64,000 bases of DNA from Felis catus (lineage: Eukaryota), in contig NC_058368.1 of the NCBI RefSeq assembly GCF_018350175.1, positions 99,078,001-99,142,000 on the forward strand, given 5' to 3'. The first letter of the stretch is position 1. Every line of letters starts with the position of its first letter. The position numbers and the translations under genes were made by a program. The notes under the pieces are model-generated. The model was not told where the DNA came from, ran no database searches, and saw nothing but the letters and a program-made list of their open reading frames with translations. Shown here piece by piece: positions 36,901 through 51,977 of this stretch.

Positions 36901-39404
36901 ACATTGATCTTTTAATTTTTCTTCAAAGAGTACCACATTTTTATTACCTTAAATATCCATCAAGAGCTTTTTATGGAGTATATTAACTAACTTTTCCTCT
37001 GTAAATATGTGAATAAGATTGGTATTCCAATTAAATATGCTTTATTTGTTCTATAGGAGCTTATTCACATATACTTGGCATGTATTCCAAGATTTCATGT
37101 AACCTAACCCTGTTTGAGAAATTTTATATAGCTACTCAAAGCACTCCCTGAATAACTTACACAAATAGTAAAATATTACTCTATAAGCTTGTACGTTTTA
37201 GGTAAAAACAAATATTCCCTTCACCCTCACTCTTCAACAACAGCAACAAAAAAAATAGTAAAAATACTAAATATTTTAATGAAAAGGCCATTTCTTTCTG
37301 AGGGTGTTAACGGACTCTACCAAATGTGAATTATTATTCTAAATTTAGAGTTATTATATTCCAGTAAAATAATTCTATTTTAAAGGGCTTAGTAAGTTAC
37401 TAGTTAAAATAAGATAACATTTAAAATTCCTTGAATGCTTTTGATTATTTCATACTTTATATAATTGCTTACAAATTAAAATTAAGTCACTAAAAAAAAG
37501 AATGTGATATGATGTTCCTGTGCTAATATACTCCTGAGCCAGTTACTGACATTCTTGATTATGAAGTTATGCAGTATCGCCACCATACTCCTACATTCGT
37601 GTTTCCTTCAATGATTTTTGGAAGCAAGTTGTGTGAAGAAAGGCAGATAAGCGCTCTCAAGCACAGGCAACCTAGTTTATTTCTTGGCTCAAATTTCCTT
37701 TCTTTCCTTTCCCGTGCTAGTATTAAGCACTAGATGCAGGCAACAAGATCATTTGAGAAACAAAACAAAACAGTATCATTTGAGGCATTTCCATGCTCTT
37801 CAGCAGAATTCCCTTTCACAACATGTTTTTGGTGGAGTCTTAATTTTCCTTTTTGAGGCATAAGAATTAATGATGCCTCAACATCACAAGACCTATCGCA
37901 GCTCAAAGGCATAAAAGTAACCTCAGCTTTTCACTGAGTCCACATGGCTAATTTTAAAGTTTCATTAAGATTGAATAAGAATGCATCATCTTCTCATATT
38001 TCATCTGACTTTTTTGGACTGAAAACTTGGCCAAAATCATGTTTGTCTCATGGGATGAGCAATAAATACCATTCACTCTCTTAAATAAATTGCTCAGAAA
38101 ATACCAAAAGCAATGTAAACCAATGTCTGTTAGCTTGGAGCAAGTTCAGTAAATGTCATAAATTTTAAACAGGAAAAAAATTAGGTTATAAAAATTCAAT
38201 GGAACCTGAGAGCTCTTTTGGAAAATACTGTAAAACAGAAATCTTTTCCTTTCCTTTCTAAATACGCAGTCCTAATGAAAACCTTTGGCAAAGCATATTT
38301 ATATAATGATTTACGTATATTGTAACTAAATAACCATATCTGGAACTACTTGTTGAATATAAAAAATGATACATAGAATCTAGGGGTATCACTTATTTCT
38401 GTATATTTTTTTTAATTAATGGACTTTGTGTTTGAAATTTATAGAAAATTGAGCAGACTAGAAAGGCTGGAGCTTGATATTTACACTTTGGTAATATTTT
38501 ATGGAAAACCAAGGTGTTTTCCTCTAGAAATAGAACACTAAGAACTAGTGACATAGTTTCTGAAGCTTTTTCATTTGTAGCATCTGCTGTTCATTTCTCT
38601 GGATTTAGCTGGTATTTCCAGGACTATTGTCACTGCTTCCCATCATCACCATCAAACCACCCTTCTTAGGAAGTAAACTCTGGATAATCTACATATATCA
38701 GAAAAAAAGTAATAATTTGCGAGAAATGTCCCAAAGAAAAATCATGGCACCATTGAAGCTGAACTAATCTATTTAAATACAGTTCAGACTTTCTGATTCT
38801 AAAATGGTTTGATGGGGGAATCGACAAAGCCAGAACACCGTGTCGTCTGCCTGCGTAAAGTGTGATGTTTATAAATGTAGTATGATGTTTCTTAGCAGTT
38901 GATAAGTAAAGAAACATTTTCAGTAAACATTCAAAATTACATTTATTCCTACAGACACTTACAAGACTCCCCCTGAGAATCATGGTAGTGAAATATTTTA
39001 TTGTTAATTTTCTGTCTGTGTGTGTCTGTGTGTACATGAGAGAGAGAAAGAGAATTTATGCACTCTGTAAATAATCTCAATGATTTGGTTTTTAACAAAC
39101 AATTTCAGTAACAGAATGAGGACTATATGTTCACACACAAAAAATTCTCTTTTGAGGAAAATATTCTACATTTTCTTTCTAATAAGTTTGAAATATTGTG
39201 AATTTTAAACAGTGCTTTACCAAACATTTACCAATTGATTAAAACAAATTCTAAACAAAGACTGCAAAGTTTTATATTAAAAAACTAGTCAAATGCAAAG
39301 AGGTAACCACTAAGTGCTTTTTTAACCCAGAATGTCTTCTCTGACCCTCTACTTTACTGTGGCTTCTTTCATTTCTAGACTTAACGCTACCTAGGCTTTG
39401 CCTA

Positions 39405-39601
39405 TTTTTTTTTAAACTTTATGTATTTTGAGAAAGAGTCAAGTGGAAAAGGGGCAAAGAGAGAGAGGGAGAGAGAGAATCCGAAGCAAGCTCCATACTG
39501 TCAACACAGAACCCTACACAGGGCTCAATCCCACAAACCAGTGAGATCATGACCTGAGCCAAAGCTGGACACTTAACTGACTGAGCCACCGAGGTGCCCC
39601 C
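39405..39601 (-). mobile_element. CAN-SINE
   Basis: TSD approx AGGCTTTGCCTATT / AGGCCTTTCCTATT. Confidence 0.94.
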
Positions 39602-42600
39602 AGGCCTTTCCTATTCTTGTCTATTCCTGCACCTCCCTCCCTGTAACCCTCTGAGAAGCCTTCAACTTTGTCATCAGAAACTTCTTCTTACACCTTCCAC
39701 ATATACTTTCTCCTCTCCCCTTCTTCCTTTTTTCCTACTGATGTCACCAAGGGAAGACTTACACAGGTGGATAGTCCTAATCAAATAACTAATGGTCTTC
39801 CTCCATTGTGTAATCACTCTTCATGCTAATAAGAATGCTCTCCCAGTATTTTATATTGAAGAGCCATAGTATATCAGGAGAACCCAACGTCAAGACCTTC
39901 ACCAAATTTTCAGGGTAGAAACATTATTGACACAACATTAAACTTCACAGCCACAGTTGCTCTGCTAATCCCATTTTTTATACAGTAAGAGCCTAAATGA
40001 GGAGTTCTCTAATACCACCTTAGCTTAAAGTAAGAAGGAGAGAAATTTACCTAATCCCGTTGCCAATTGATTTTTAGAGTACACATGACTAAAACTTTCA
40101 AAATTAAATTTCCTCTTGAAATGACTCATCCCATTCTTTCTTAATCTCTTTCCCAAGGGCTTCCATATCTGTTTCAAATGTTCATTTCTTCTTGGCCATA
40201 TTTCATCATCTCGATGCCTGCAGCATCCCCACTGATGACCCACGGAACTTGGAAATTTCACAGCCCCTCCTCAAATCGGGTGATACTTCATCTGAGCTGT
40301 TTCAACCATTTGCTAGCACAGCCCACCACTGAATTTTATAGTTACCTGAAGCAATTCCGCCTAAACAAATCACGAAATCTTAGTGATCGCAACCAATTTC
40401 ACCTATACTTCTCACATTCTTTTATTCTTCTCTTGTTGGTTTTCTATAATTTTTCCCCTACTAAGAATGTCCCATAATTTTTCAACCCTCTTCTGGCATT
40501 TAGGTCTATGTCTACAGAAGATTTCAGCACATGGCTCTATGTAGTTGTCAAGCCTCTGCAAATTTTGCTCTCCTCCTTAGGTTATTTTGATTCAAACTAC
40601 TCTCTTTGGCTAACAATCAAGCTGTACTCTTGCTCACCTGCTGTTCTGCGTTTTGGGGAGATTGTTCTGTCAACACTCAGTTTCCTTTACCTCTTCATTA
40701 TTTCCTCCTTTTCTAATATAGTGATCTTCAGAACATTGCTATTCTAAAATTTTGTCAAAGCCATAAGTGATGGAAGGAGCAGAACCAGGAAATAACACAG
40801 AAGCGAAAACACAGCATTAGGTTGATGTGCCTTGGATTGCGTGGCTGGATTTATATATTCCATGTGTCACTGATTTTCTTTCTGACTTAAAAGCTCCCTA
40901 TATATATAATCGGAATATGAATCTATTTTGTAAATTCTGGGAACATTTTCATCATTTTCATTAATGACAGTGATCTAGTTTCTTCATCCTTTTTTTTTTT
41001 CAATAAAAGAATGTAGTTGTGAATTTTGCAGAGTATAGTGTTTCAGCATTATGAACTCCATGAGGACAGCCTCTCTAATGACCTTGTTCTCTGCTCCGTT
41101 ATAAAGACAGATACCACAGCATTCTTCCCTTTTCAAGTCACATCAATTACAGTAGCACTAGAAAGGACTTAGATTGGAAATGAGATAAATCTATTTCCCC
41201 CCATGACTCTGCAAATTAGCCTTGATACATTGGTCTTTTTATATCCACTAATTTTTGTGCAGTGTGGAAACATGTAAGTCTGATGCATGGGTCTCCATCA
41301 GGGCTTTTTCTTTGACACCCTTGCTTTAAATATTAATTTACTTGGGGGATATACCTTAGGTTTTCCTGATTGGTCCATTAGTATTTTCAGGTTTCACAAT
41401 GATACAGGCAAAGACAATGAAATGACAATTTCAGAATAAAATTCTTTTTAAGGAATTTCTTTACAGAAGCTTCAAATAATAATTTGAAAATAATTTCTGT
41501 ATCAGTTATAGGTAAGAACTTAAAATTGGAAAACTAATTATCCAAGGACATTAATACATTTATCTTTCATACGTTTTCTTTAGGCTTTTATTTTTTCTAG
41601 TCACATATTGAGTCAATTTTTAAAAAATGAGTTCCTGTTTTTAGGTGGATTTTAATAGGCATGTGGCTAAGTAGCAAGTACAGTTGGCTTTTTTTTGTTG
41701 TTGAGAAAAGATTTAAATAAGCTCAAGGGCCAACATTTTACCTGTACTTCTGAATCCACAGATTATGGCACAGATATGGTCATTAGTGGCAAAGCACTTT
41801 GGATAGAGTTCAATGTTATAAATGCTTTAGGAAGGAAAATCTTATAATCCTCTCTCTTTGCTGTAAATTTAACAATTTATCAAGGTATTAGGAGCACTTC
41901 AAAAGATGTATTGATTTTATCTTTAGAAATGGAAAACACAATGCAAGAAGAAAAATGATTGATGCTAGTATCTGGAGCTGAGATTCACGTAATCTTTCCT
42001 TTAAGGCAAAGGGAAATCTGTACTGCAAAAGTTTTAGGGTGGTCAAGCACATGCAAAGACAGCTGAGTATAGGGTCAACTCAAAGGGAGGAAAGTAAAAG
42101 ACCAAAGGTGTATAGCCTATGAGATAAGGAATTGACATTGATTAATGAATGAGATGCAGGAAGAAATATTATGAGGTTGAAGGTGGTATTGCAATGTATA
42201 AAGATTTAGAATTAGAAATCACAGCTTTGGGAAGAATGAATTACCACCTATTTCTGAGGGTTTTTTTTTTTAATTTTTTAGTATAAAATAGAAGGAGTAG
42301 ATTTGTTGCAATGATTATACAGATAATGATTTCGTATCATGCTTTTTCTGGGTTTGGGAGAGGCACAGTTCAGAGGATTGGTCTCAAACCACTCATTACT
42401 GATGGATGGGCCAGTGGAAGGGTTGAAGTTCTGGAGCATTGGTCTGTGCTGTAAATATTTATATTTCACAGTTTTAGATATTTCTCAACTCTTCATAAAC
42501 TCTCATTAAAGTTTATTTTTTTTTCTAAATACATGTGAGTCATCTCTAATTCATTATTTCTTTTCACTTGAAACCAAATACCCTTTTCTCTTTTCCTTTG

Positions 42601-43994
42601 ATTGGAAACTCACTAAATCATAGGAACGTAAGGTATTATTGAGAAGTGCAAAAGAAAGCTCTCTTTTATCTTTTCTCTAAAGTTTTATGAAAATGCTGGT
42701 TTGGGCCAGATGGAATATCAATGGAAAGGCAACAAGTGAGCAAAGCAAATGTGAGACAGTAATTATCTTAGGATGAGAAAACTAGTGCTGTTTCTATGGA
42801 AATCAGAAGAAAATAATATGCAAAAAATATTGCAGAAAGTGAAGGAATAAATTGGTGGAGATTATGTTAATGAAAAGTAATATTTTTAGGAAGCTGGGTT
42901 TTTATTTTTATTGGGCTTTTGTGAATTTCCTTTTTGGTTTCAAGTTTAGCTATGTCTTGTTCCATTTCATTTATATTCTTAAGCTATTTGTTAAAGAAGA
43001 TAGTGCAAAGGTTACAAGTTTTAATTTTTTCAATCTTATTTTAGAAAACAGGTTATACAAACATACTTTTTTTTTTTAATTACTAGTAGTGAAGGACCTT
43101 CCTTTTATGGAGTATCAATTAGGAAAGTAGATACGCCATTTTTCTTCATAGAACGATAGAGTGTATGGCTATGAGGGCACTGGTGGAGAATACTGATAAC
43201 TCTTGTTCATCCTTGGCATTGCAAAAACTCCATAGTATTGATGCACACTTTGTCTTACATGTTCTCTGATCAAATCATTATGAAGAAAAATTTATTATCA
43301 TTTACATGTGGATTTCAGATTATCTGCCCATAAGAAGATATCTTACTTATAGGATTATTCTCCTTCCAAAATTCACTTGCTAATCTTAGAATGCTTTCAT
43401 TCACTTTTTCTGTGTTGAAAAATCGACTGAAACTTTGGGGAAAAGAATGGTTTGAAGCAGTGGTTAAGAATGATACAGTCAGATCACTTTTTGTTTTTTT
43501 CTCTCTACTGCGATTCACTGTCAGTCACATCATTTACATTTTACTGATTTTTTTTTTCAGTGTTATAAATTTTCCATTAGGAATGTCAGAAATGAGTCAG
43601 GGGTTACTTTCTGTGTATCATCTTTCACACTAGTTTTTGAAAGAGTAGTAGATTGTCTTTTAATAGAAAGGACTACTTCCAAAACTCATTTTAAGAGATA
43701 GTATACCTAAAAACTACATCAGGTTAAATGACTTTAAAAGGCTGCAACAGGTTTGGTTTTACAGAGCATTTGTTTATTGGTTTGGGTGTTTGGTTTTGTG
43801 TGCGCAAGCTCACATAACACAGTTTTACGTGTGCTGTGAATTGATCATGAAGCCAGGTATAAATAATGGGTTAACTACATATTCAAATTGATTTATCTTA
43901 TGTTTAGGTGTACTCTTTGAAAAATTATGGGTAAGGTAGGATGAAGCATGTTCAAACAGCTCATTGGAATTTTCCTTTAAAAAGAAATGATTAA

Positions 43995-46900
43995 GTGGTT
44001 ACAGGAAGCCCTTTTGATGCCCACCATATGTATCTTCAGTTAACCTCTGAGTAACCACATAGACAGTTAATGTGCAGGGTGATATCTATCTACATCAAGT
44101 TCCTGAATGTTTCTTTATCTCTTCTTAAATGCTTTCTCCCACATCATGGACGTTGTAATGGAAATGGCCCAATAAAGCAGAACAGTGGAATAATAGTCTG
44201 GAAATGAATTACTCATTAGTCAGATGGCAACAAGTAATGCTTTTTGGTAGTAAATGGAATGAGTGTTAATAACCATTGGGTATGATTGCAGCTTTTTTGC
44301 CATGAAACCCGTAAGTGATAAACTGGGATGACATTTAGAAGGAAGGGTAAGTTGAGGCTTATACAGTCAATAGCTGTAGCAATTCAGTTATAGGACCAAT
44401 GGTGATTATAAGGACAGTGCCCTTGGCTGACTTTTGTTAACTGCCCCAAATATTTTGAAAAAAGGTAACAATAGCATCAGAGAACCAGCTGTTTACTCAG
44501 AGCATGCTTCAAAAGCTGGAAGAAATCTATGGCCATATTTAAATCTCACCTCACCAACCGAAGCAAGAGAGGATTATGCTAAAAATTAGGTCCAAGATTT
44601 GATTGTAAGAGTGGTGGAGCTATACAGTAGATGAGCTCCATGGCCTTGAATGCCTCCTATATTAACCCTGGAGAGCCTGGTAGGGAAGTAAATGAAATGC
44701 TAAAACATTTGACCAGATAGGAGATACTCAGTACAATGGAACAATCTGGGGTGGCAGGAACAGCCTGTGGTGAACACCCACATCCACTTTCATTGATGCT
44801 TTAGAAAAGTTGTTGTTTGTTTTCATTTGCTTTTTTTTTTTTCCTGGAAAAACTGAGAGTAATTAACTGCCACTTTTGAGCTAAGTGAGAGTGTCTGAAG
44901 TCTCCCTTGGTAGTACATAAAGAGGCTTGCCTCTCCTGCATTGGGAGAGAATAGCATGTTGAGAATCAGATCAGGTCCTAATTAGAAGTCAAGACAATTT
45001 CCCATAGAGGTTAAACTCAGCAAAAGCAGGATTTGCTTACTAAGGCCAGGACTGAAGCTAGGACAGCTTGGAGCCCAGATACATAAAATGGGAATGGTTG
45101 ATGTCCCCCCAAGTCAGGAACTCCTATTCCCCTGGGCTCTTTGAGCCCACAGAAATGATGTACCCTTCTCTATTAAGATGTAGAATTTTCCTTTTGCCCT
45201 TAGATGGTACAAATGCTTCTCTTTTGTAACTCATGTGTGGTGCTCATGGTTAGTTTCCATTGCCCTTTCTGGCCACTAGACCTAAAGCTAGGGTTGAGTT
45301 ATAACCTAAGACATCCTGGGATGTTCTAGGTCTAGTAAGGAAAAAAAAAATTACTATACCCTGTAAGAATTGCAAAACATAACCATCATGAGTTGTCAGG
45401 ACCCACCACAGTTTAAGTGGGATTGCATTTTGAGTTTACTTACTTGGAACAACCCTCCTAGGATAAAGAAATAAGCAACCTGGTAAGGACCTCTGGAAAA
45501 ACTGATGGCTCATGCTAAGACAAGTAGATATGGCAGTGTTGTGATGGCAGTTGTTGTGAGAAAGTAATAAAATGTTTAGAGAAGTGGGCAAATGGAAATC
45601 TGTCAGATGATGGTATTTATGAAAAGGGCAGGAAGATAGACACAGGCTCACAAATAACTACAAGAGTGACTGAATCCTGAAAAAAGAGAATAGAGGCTGC
45701 CTGGGATCACTTAACCTCCATAAACTGGTAGATGCAGTTGTCACACAGAGTAGTAGAGTAGGAGAGGCAGCCAGAGGGGTTTAGCTACGGAGCATTATGG
45801 AGATGGTTAACAGAATATGTCATCCCCAGGGGAAAAATAGATGGGCTACCGGCAAGGGTACTGTTCGGTTTGTACCAGCAGAAGAGGGTAGGGATGGACA
45901 TCTTAAAGGCTTCGTGCTGGCTTTCTAATATAAAGTCCCCATCTCTTGTCCAGTTTCCAGACCTGAGCACGTGTTTCAACCTAGAACTCCCTGAAGTGGT
46001 CACAGTGGCAGAGAAGGAGGCTATGTGTAGGCCTAACAGCATGGACTCCTTTTATCCAAGGCTCACCTGGCTGTCACCAGATGGTACCATTCCTCAGGAA
46101 TTCCTGTTGACTGTGAGGTGGCAAGTTGACATATTGAATCCTTTCCATTCTATTTATTCAAATATGAAAAGACACATTCTGAATATGCAGTTGCTTTTTA
46201 TCCTCTCAGGGCTCCAGTTAGGACCATTTTTCAAACAGGCTGTTTAGTGTTTGGTTTACCAACATGGGATATTACATATCAAAACAGACAAAGGGATCCT
46301 TTTTCTCTCAATGGAAGTATGGAAATGCGTCCAGGATTGTGGGCTCTCCCTTTTTTACCACATATTGCACCACTCAGAAGATGCCCAGATGCTAGAGTAT
46401 TGGAATATCCAACCAATGATATAATTAAAATGCCAAGTTATGGGCAATACTCTGAAAGTTCATGGAATCCTTCTTCCAGTATACAATATATCACTTGTAG
46501 CAAATACTTTAATACTATACTTTGGCCCTAGTGGGAAGAGTAGATGGAGTGGAAAAGGAGTTGACTAACTTAATATCACTCCCAGTGACCCACTGGGGGG
46601 ACATTTTGTTTCTTGTTTCTGAAACTCCATACTCTGTGTGATTAGAGATCCTTGTTCCCCCAACGGGCAATCTTTTTCCAGGAAGCACATGAAAAGTCCT
46701 ATTCATTTCCAAACTATGGATGCTACCTCATTTCTCTGGACTCTGCATATATATAGACCAGTGGCAGGATTAGGAATGACCATCTCCCCCCCCCCTTTTT
46801 TTTCTTCTTCTTCAGATTTTCTGGAAGAGTGTAAGATGTTTATTAGGGTCTGAAACCTATCAAAATAGGAGAATAGAAGCTGGGTTGGGCATGGAGAGAA

Positions 46901-48182
46901 GTTCAGCTGTGAAGTTTATTTGATAAAGATTTTACCCGCCCAAAGTGGACAGCTTTGAAACAAGCATTAAGCACTAAATACTGACTATTCCAGGCAGCTG
47001 TGAGAACTGATAGTTGGCAGTGTCTGTTGATTGTACTTTCCAGATGGACAAAGAGTTCTTCCTGCAAGGGAGAGCTGAGTGAGGAATATCTATGTCTCCC
47101 TCAAGTGTGATCCATTGTAACACTGACTTAGATCCAAGGGCCGATTTTATAATAAACAGGTACAATAGGCATATAGTCCTATGACATTATCTGGAAGCTA
47201 TCAAGGTACTAAAAATAGGGATGATTGTTCTGGGTGGAAGTGTGAAAGTATATCTGATACAGGATACAGTGTGTATTCAACCGGTGGCTATTGAATAATG
47301 CTGCCTCTCCAATAGTTTTAAGAAAGCCTGCTATTTCTTACAGAGCAGCAGGAAAGAAGTTATTGCACTCCCTGATGTAATCAACACTAATAAGCACGAA
47401 GACCTAAGGACCTAAGATTACTAGTAGACATTGCAGAAAGGGTAGAGTATGTGTGGAGGCTGGAAATAACTATGGTACCCCTTGATGTTTCAACAATCAA
47501 TGAAAACAGTCAGTGTGCAATTGCAGCAATCTAAGATAACTAGGAGCTCATACTTCTCAGAGATTAAATCTAGGTCATTCTACTGGGTAAACAACCTAGA
47601 TAAGTAGAAGTGATGACAAAGGGAAAAAGAAATCTAGAATAGGTGACAGAAGACAGTTGATGCATAGCAGTTACTACCTTAGAAACTCTTGGAGCCATAG
47701 AACTCTAGCTTGTTTGATGAGTTCTAGCTTCTTTCAAATCCTGTAGGTTTTGTTTTTCTCTTTTTAGAGAGAGATTTTGGCTGGCCAATGGCTTGAGGTA
47801 TCAGTAACCAAATGTATGTAATGTGGAATATGAATAAATATGTGTGGTGCAAGTGATAGGCTATGGCAAAGATGTAAATCCTCATTCTGAATACTCTCAG
47901 CTTACCTCTGAATTCGCTTGAAACTGTAGTGTATAATTCACCCACCTCAACCAATTAGGGTAAGTACTCTTTGTCCCTGTGTAGGACAATTATGAGACAG
48001 TTCTATTCCCACATGTCCATAGTGGTAACCCCTATTTATGAAACCTGTTGGCTTTTGCTTCTCTTTTTCCCTCTCCTTTTCCACTTCCTCATTTGTGCTC
48101 CTTTATTACCTCTTAAATAAGCTACTAGTGCTCAGTGTGGTGTCTTGGTGTCTGCTCTGGGAGAGAAATTCAAACGAAGACA
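43995..48182 (+). mobile_element. Decayed ERVL-class provirus (LTR16-like LTRs; gag and integrase remnants)
   Basis: From 45795 the frame reads LWRWLTEYVIPRGKIDGLPARVLFGLYQQK...SPSLVQFPDLS (ERVL gag C-terminus). From ~45995: SGHSGREGGY..QHGLLLSKAHLA and GTIPQ...WQVD (ERVL integrase N-terminus). LTR16-like end at 48110-48182. A separate LTR fragment appears inserted at ~46800-47105. Confidence 0.8.
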
Positions 48183-49429
48183 GTGATCATTTTCATGATT
48201 ACACTCATCATTAAGTTTTATATGGAAAACCATGCTCCTGAAGAAAACTTATACTTAAGAAGCTAAAACTGATTTGTCTACTGTTAATACCAACTCCAAG
48301 AAACAAAGGCTTGTGAAATTAGGCACACTGAGGTTATCATGTTCCACTGGCATTTGTTTGAGTCAGCCTATTGACAATGTATTTAATATATGAAAGAGTT
48401 GTATATGTGTATGTGACATATTTTGCCTCCTCAAACTGTTTTGCCTTTGCTCAGTGATGTGCTCTTTGAGAACTTGAATGCAGTTCAGCTAAGAGGTAAG
48501 GTAACAACTTGATTCTACATATCTTTAAAGAAATGAATTTGATGACCTACCTGAAGTATTTTACTCTAGTATATTACTCTAGTTTCCAAGCTGAAGCTAT
48601 TGTTACCCTCCATGTAGATTTGGTCTCACCCTGCACGTTTGAACTGTTCCTTTTCATAGTCACAGATGTTTAAGGAGTGGCAGGTTACTGCCCTGTCCTG
48701 GGCAGTTGGGCACTCTTCTGACTTTACAGCAACCTTCAATATAGCTGCTGTTTTACTCCTGCTACCCTGTCCATTTTCTTTTCTAGGCCAAATTTTCACC
48801 TGCCTTCTCCCACATACACCCAAGCCCCTGTAAAATGATGATCAAAGCCAGAGCAATCAAGTGATCTCTAACAAAACTCTATCCGTGTTTTATATGAAGG
48901 TGGATAATACAGTTGAGGGTCAAAGAACGTATTTGGACATCTCATTCATAAGACTAAAGGGATATTATCTAAGGCTATATCAATTAAATATATCTCAGCA
49001 TGCCTCTAACCCACTGGTACGACAGTATTGTGCTCGGACATATTTGTTGAGAAGTTCTGCTTTATTGCTTCATCAGATTTGCTAACTAAACAACATTATG
49101 TTTTCCCCCTCATGTTTAGATTATAATTCAGGATGTTTTAGGTGTGGAAGGTAATATCATATCTCTCATTTTTCACTTTTATGAAAATGGTCTATCTCTT
49201 TAAGCAAAATTTACAATATCTATTTCTCTACAGTGAGAAATGTTAAAATGAGCATTTTTTTCTTCCCTTCTCTTCTCCTTTTCTCTATCACCTGATATAA
49301 AATAATAATATTATATTTCTATAATTACTTCCTTGAAATTGTTAAATATGTTAGTACATGTTTCATTTTTTAGTTGTAAATGATTTACTTCGAATCCTGA
49401 CCATACTTGATTATAGTAGATTAACTGTT

Positions 49430-51187
49430 TTATTCTAAGACTTTTATTGTTTCTGGTCTCCTTTGAAGCTTTTAATCATTTCTAGATTTTTGTGTATGAT
49501 GTAAGATAGTAATACAGTTTTATTTTTTTTTGCTTGTGGCTGTCCCGTTTTCCCATTATTATTAACTGAACAGATGGCACTTTTTCCCTGGTACATTCTT
49601 GGCCCCTTTGTCAAAAATTAATTGAGCATACATTTATCAGTTTATTTCTAGGTTCTCTGTTCTGTTCCATTGATCTTTATATGTTTTTATGACAGTACCA
49701 TACTGTTTTCATTACCATAGCTTTGTAATATAGTTTGGATTCAGGGAATATGGTGCCTTCAGCTTTGTTTTGTTTTGTTTTGTTTTGTTTTTTTCAAGAT
49801 TGTTTTGGCTATTTGGGGTCTTGTGTGATTGAATACACGTTTCAGGATTATTTATTGTATTTCTGTGACAGATGTCTTTGGGATTCTGATAGAGATTGCA
49901 TTGAATCTGTAAATTTACTTTGGGTAATATGGGCATTTTAACAATATTAATTCTTCCCATCTGTGAGCACAGTTTATCTTTCCATTTACTTCTTTCATCT
50001 TCAGTTTCTTTCATTGGTGTCTTATAGTTTTCAGAGTACACAGGGCACCTGGGTGGCTCAGTTGGTTAAGTGTCTGACTTTGGCTCAGGTCATGATCTTA
50101 TGGTTCAGAAGTTTGAGCCCCACTTTGGGGTCTGTGCTGACAGCTGGGAGCCTGGAACCTGCTTTGGATTCTGTGCTCCCTCTCTCTCTGCCCCTCCCCC
50201 ACTCACTCTCTGTCTCTCAATAAAAAAAAAAAAATGGTTTTCAGACTACAGGTTTTTCACCTCCTTTGTTAAATGTATTCCTTGACATTTCCTTTTTTTT
50301 TTTTTGATGCAGTTGTAAATACGATTGTTTTCTTAATTTCTCTTTCTAATAGTTCATTGTTAGTGTATCCTAACACAGTTGATTTTTTGCATATTGATTT
50401 TGTAACCTGCAACTTTACTGAATTTGTTTCTTAGACCTAACAGATTTTTGGAGGAGTGTATAGACTTTTCTATATATGAAATAATGTCTTTTGTAAATAG
50501 TGGTGGTTTCATTGCTTCCTTTCAAATTTCGATGCCTTTTAGTTCTTTCTCTTGCCTAATTTGTCTGTCTAGGATTTCCAATACTGTGGTGAGTAGAAGT
50601 GCCAAAAGCAAACATCTCTTTCTGGTTCCTGATCTTAGTTCCTGTCAGCTTTTCATCATTGAGTATGTTAGCTGTGGGCTTGTCGTACATGGCCTTTATT
50701 ATGCTGAGGGATGTTCACTCCATACTCACTTTGCTGAGAGTTTTTATTATAAATGGGTGTTGGATTTTGTCACATCCTTTATTCCTGCATCTACTGAGAT
50801 AACATACAATTTTTATCTCTCACTTTGTTCATGTGGTGTATCGTGTGGATTGATTTTCAGATCGTGAGCCATCCTTCCATCCCTGGCACAAACCCCACTT
50901 GGTCATGGTATATGATCCTTTTCATATATTGTTGAATTTGGTTTTCTCGTATTTTGTTAAGGATTTTTGAATCTCTGTTCATCAAGGATATCGGTCTGTA
51001 ATTTTTGTTTGGTTGTTTGTTTTGTTTTGTTTTGTTTCTTAGGGTCCTTGTCTGGCTTTGGTAACAGAGTCATGGTGGCCTTGGAAGAATTCTTTCCTTT
51101 TCAGTTTTTTGGAAGAGTTTCAGAAGGATAAGTATTGAATCTCCTTTAATGTTTAGTGTAATTCACCAGGAAGTCCATCAGGTTCCA
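49430..51187 (-). mobile_element. LINE-1 ORF2 (RT to C-terminal region), pseudogenised
   Basis: Minus [43 protein letters not shown]; the segment ends at the PGPDGFTGEFYQTF-equivalent (GGAACCTGATGGACTTCCTGGTGAATTACAC). Confidence 0.93.
50043..50234 (+). mobile_element. CAN-SINE inserted in L1
   Basis: TSD TTTTCAGA(G/C)TACA on both sides. Confidence 0.95.
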
Positions 51188-51303
51188 GTTGTTGAAGCTT
51201 TGCCAAGACCTGTCAGTGTTCCAAAGAAAGGAATCTCATTTGGCACCTAGCTTCAGGCTAATTGGAAGCCACACCCTTAGGAAGCCACTTTTAAACTATG
51301 CAA

Positions 51304-51354
<51 letters not shown>

Positions 51355-51933
51355 TATAGTATATATATACATATATATACACACATATATATAGTATATA
51401 TATACATATATATACATATATATACATATACTATATATATACTATATATATACATATACTATATACATATAGTATATATGTATATACATATAGTACATAT
51501 AGTACATATAGTATATATATAGTATATATATAGTATATATAGTGTATATATAGTGTATATATAGAGTATATATAGAGTATATATAGTGTGTATATATAGT
51601 GTGTATATATATAGTGTATATATATAGTATGTATATATATAATATGTATATATAGTATATACATATAGTATATATGTATAGTATGTATATATAGTATATA
51701 CATATAGTATATATGTATAGTATATATAGTATATACATACTATACATACTATACATATATATATAGTGTACATACTATACTATATATACTATATACTATA
51801 TATACTATATATACTATATATATATAGTATATATATATATAGTATATATATATATACTATATAACTATATACTATATATATATATACTATATACTATATA
51901 TATATACTATATACTATATATATATATACTATA

Positions 51934-51977
<44 letters not shown>

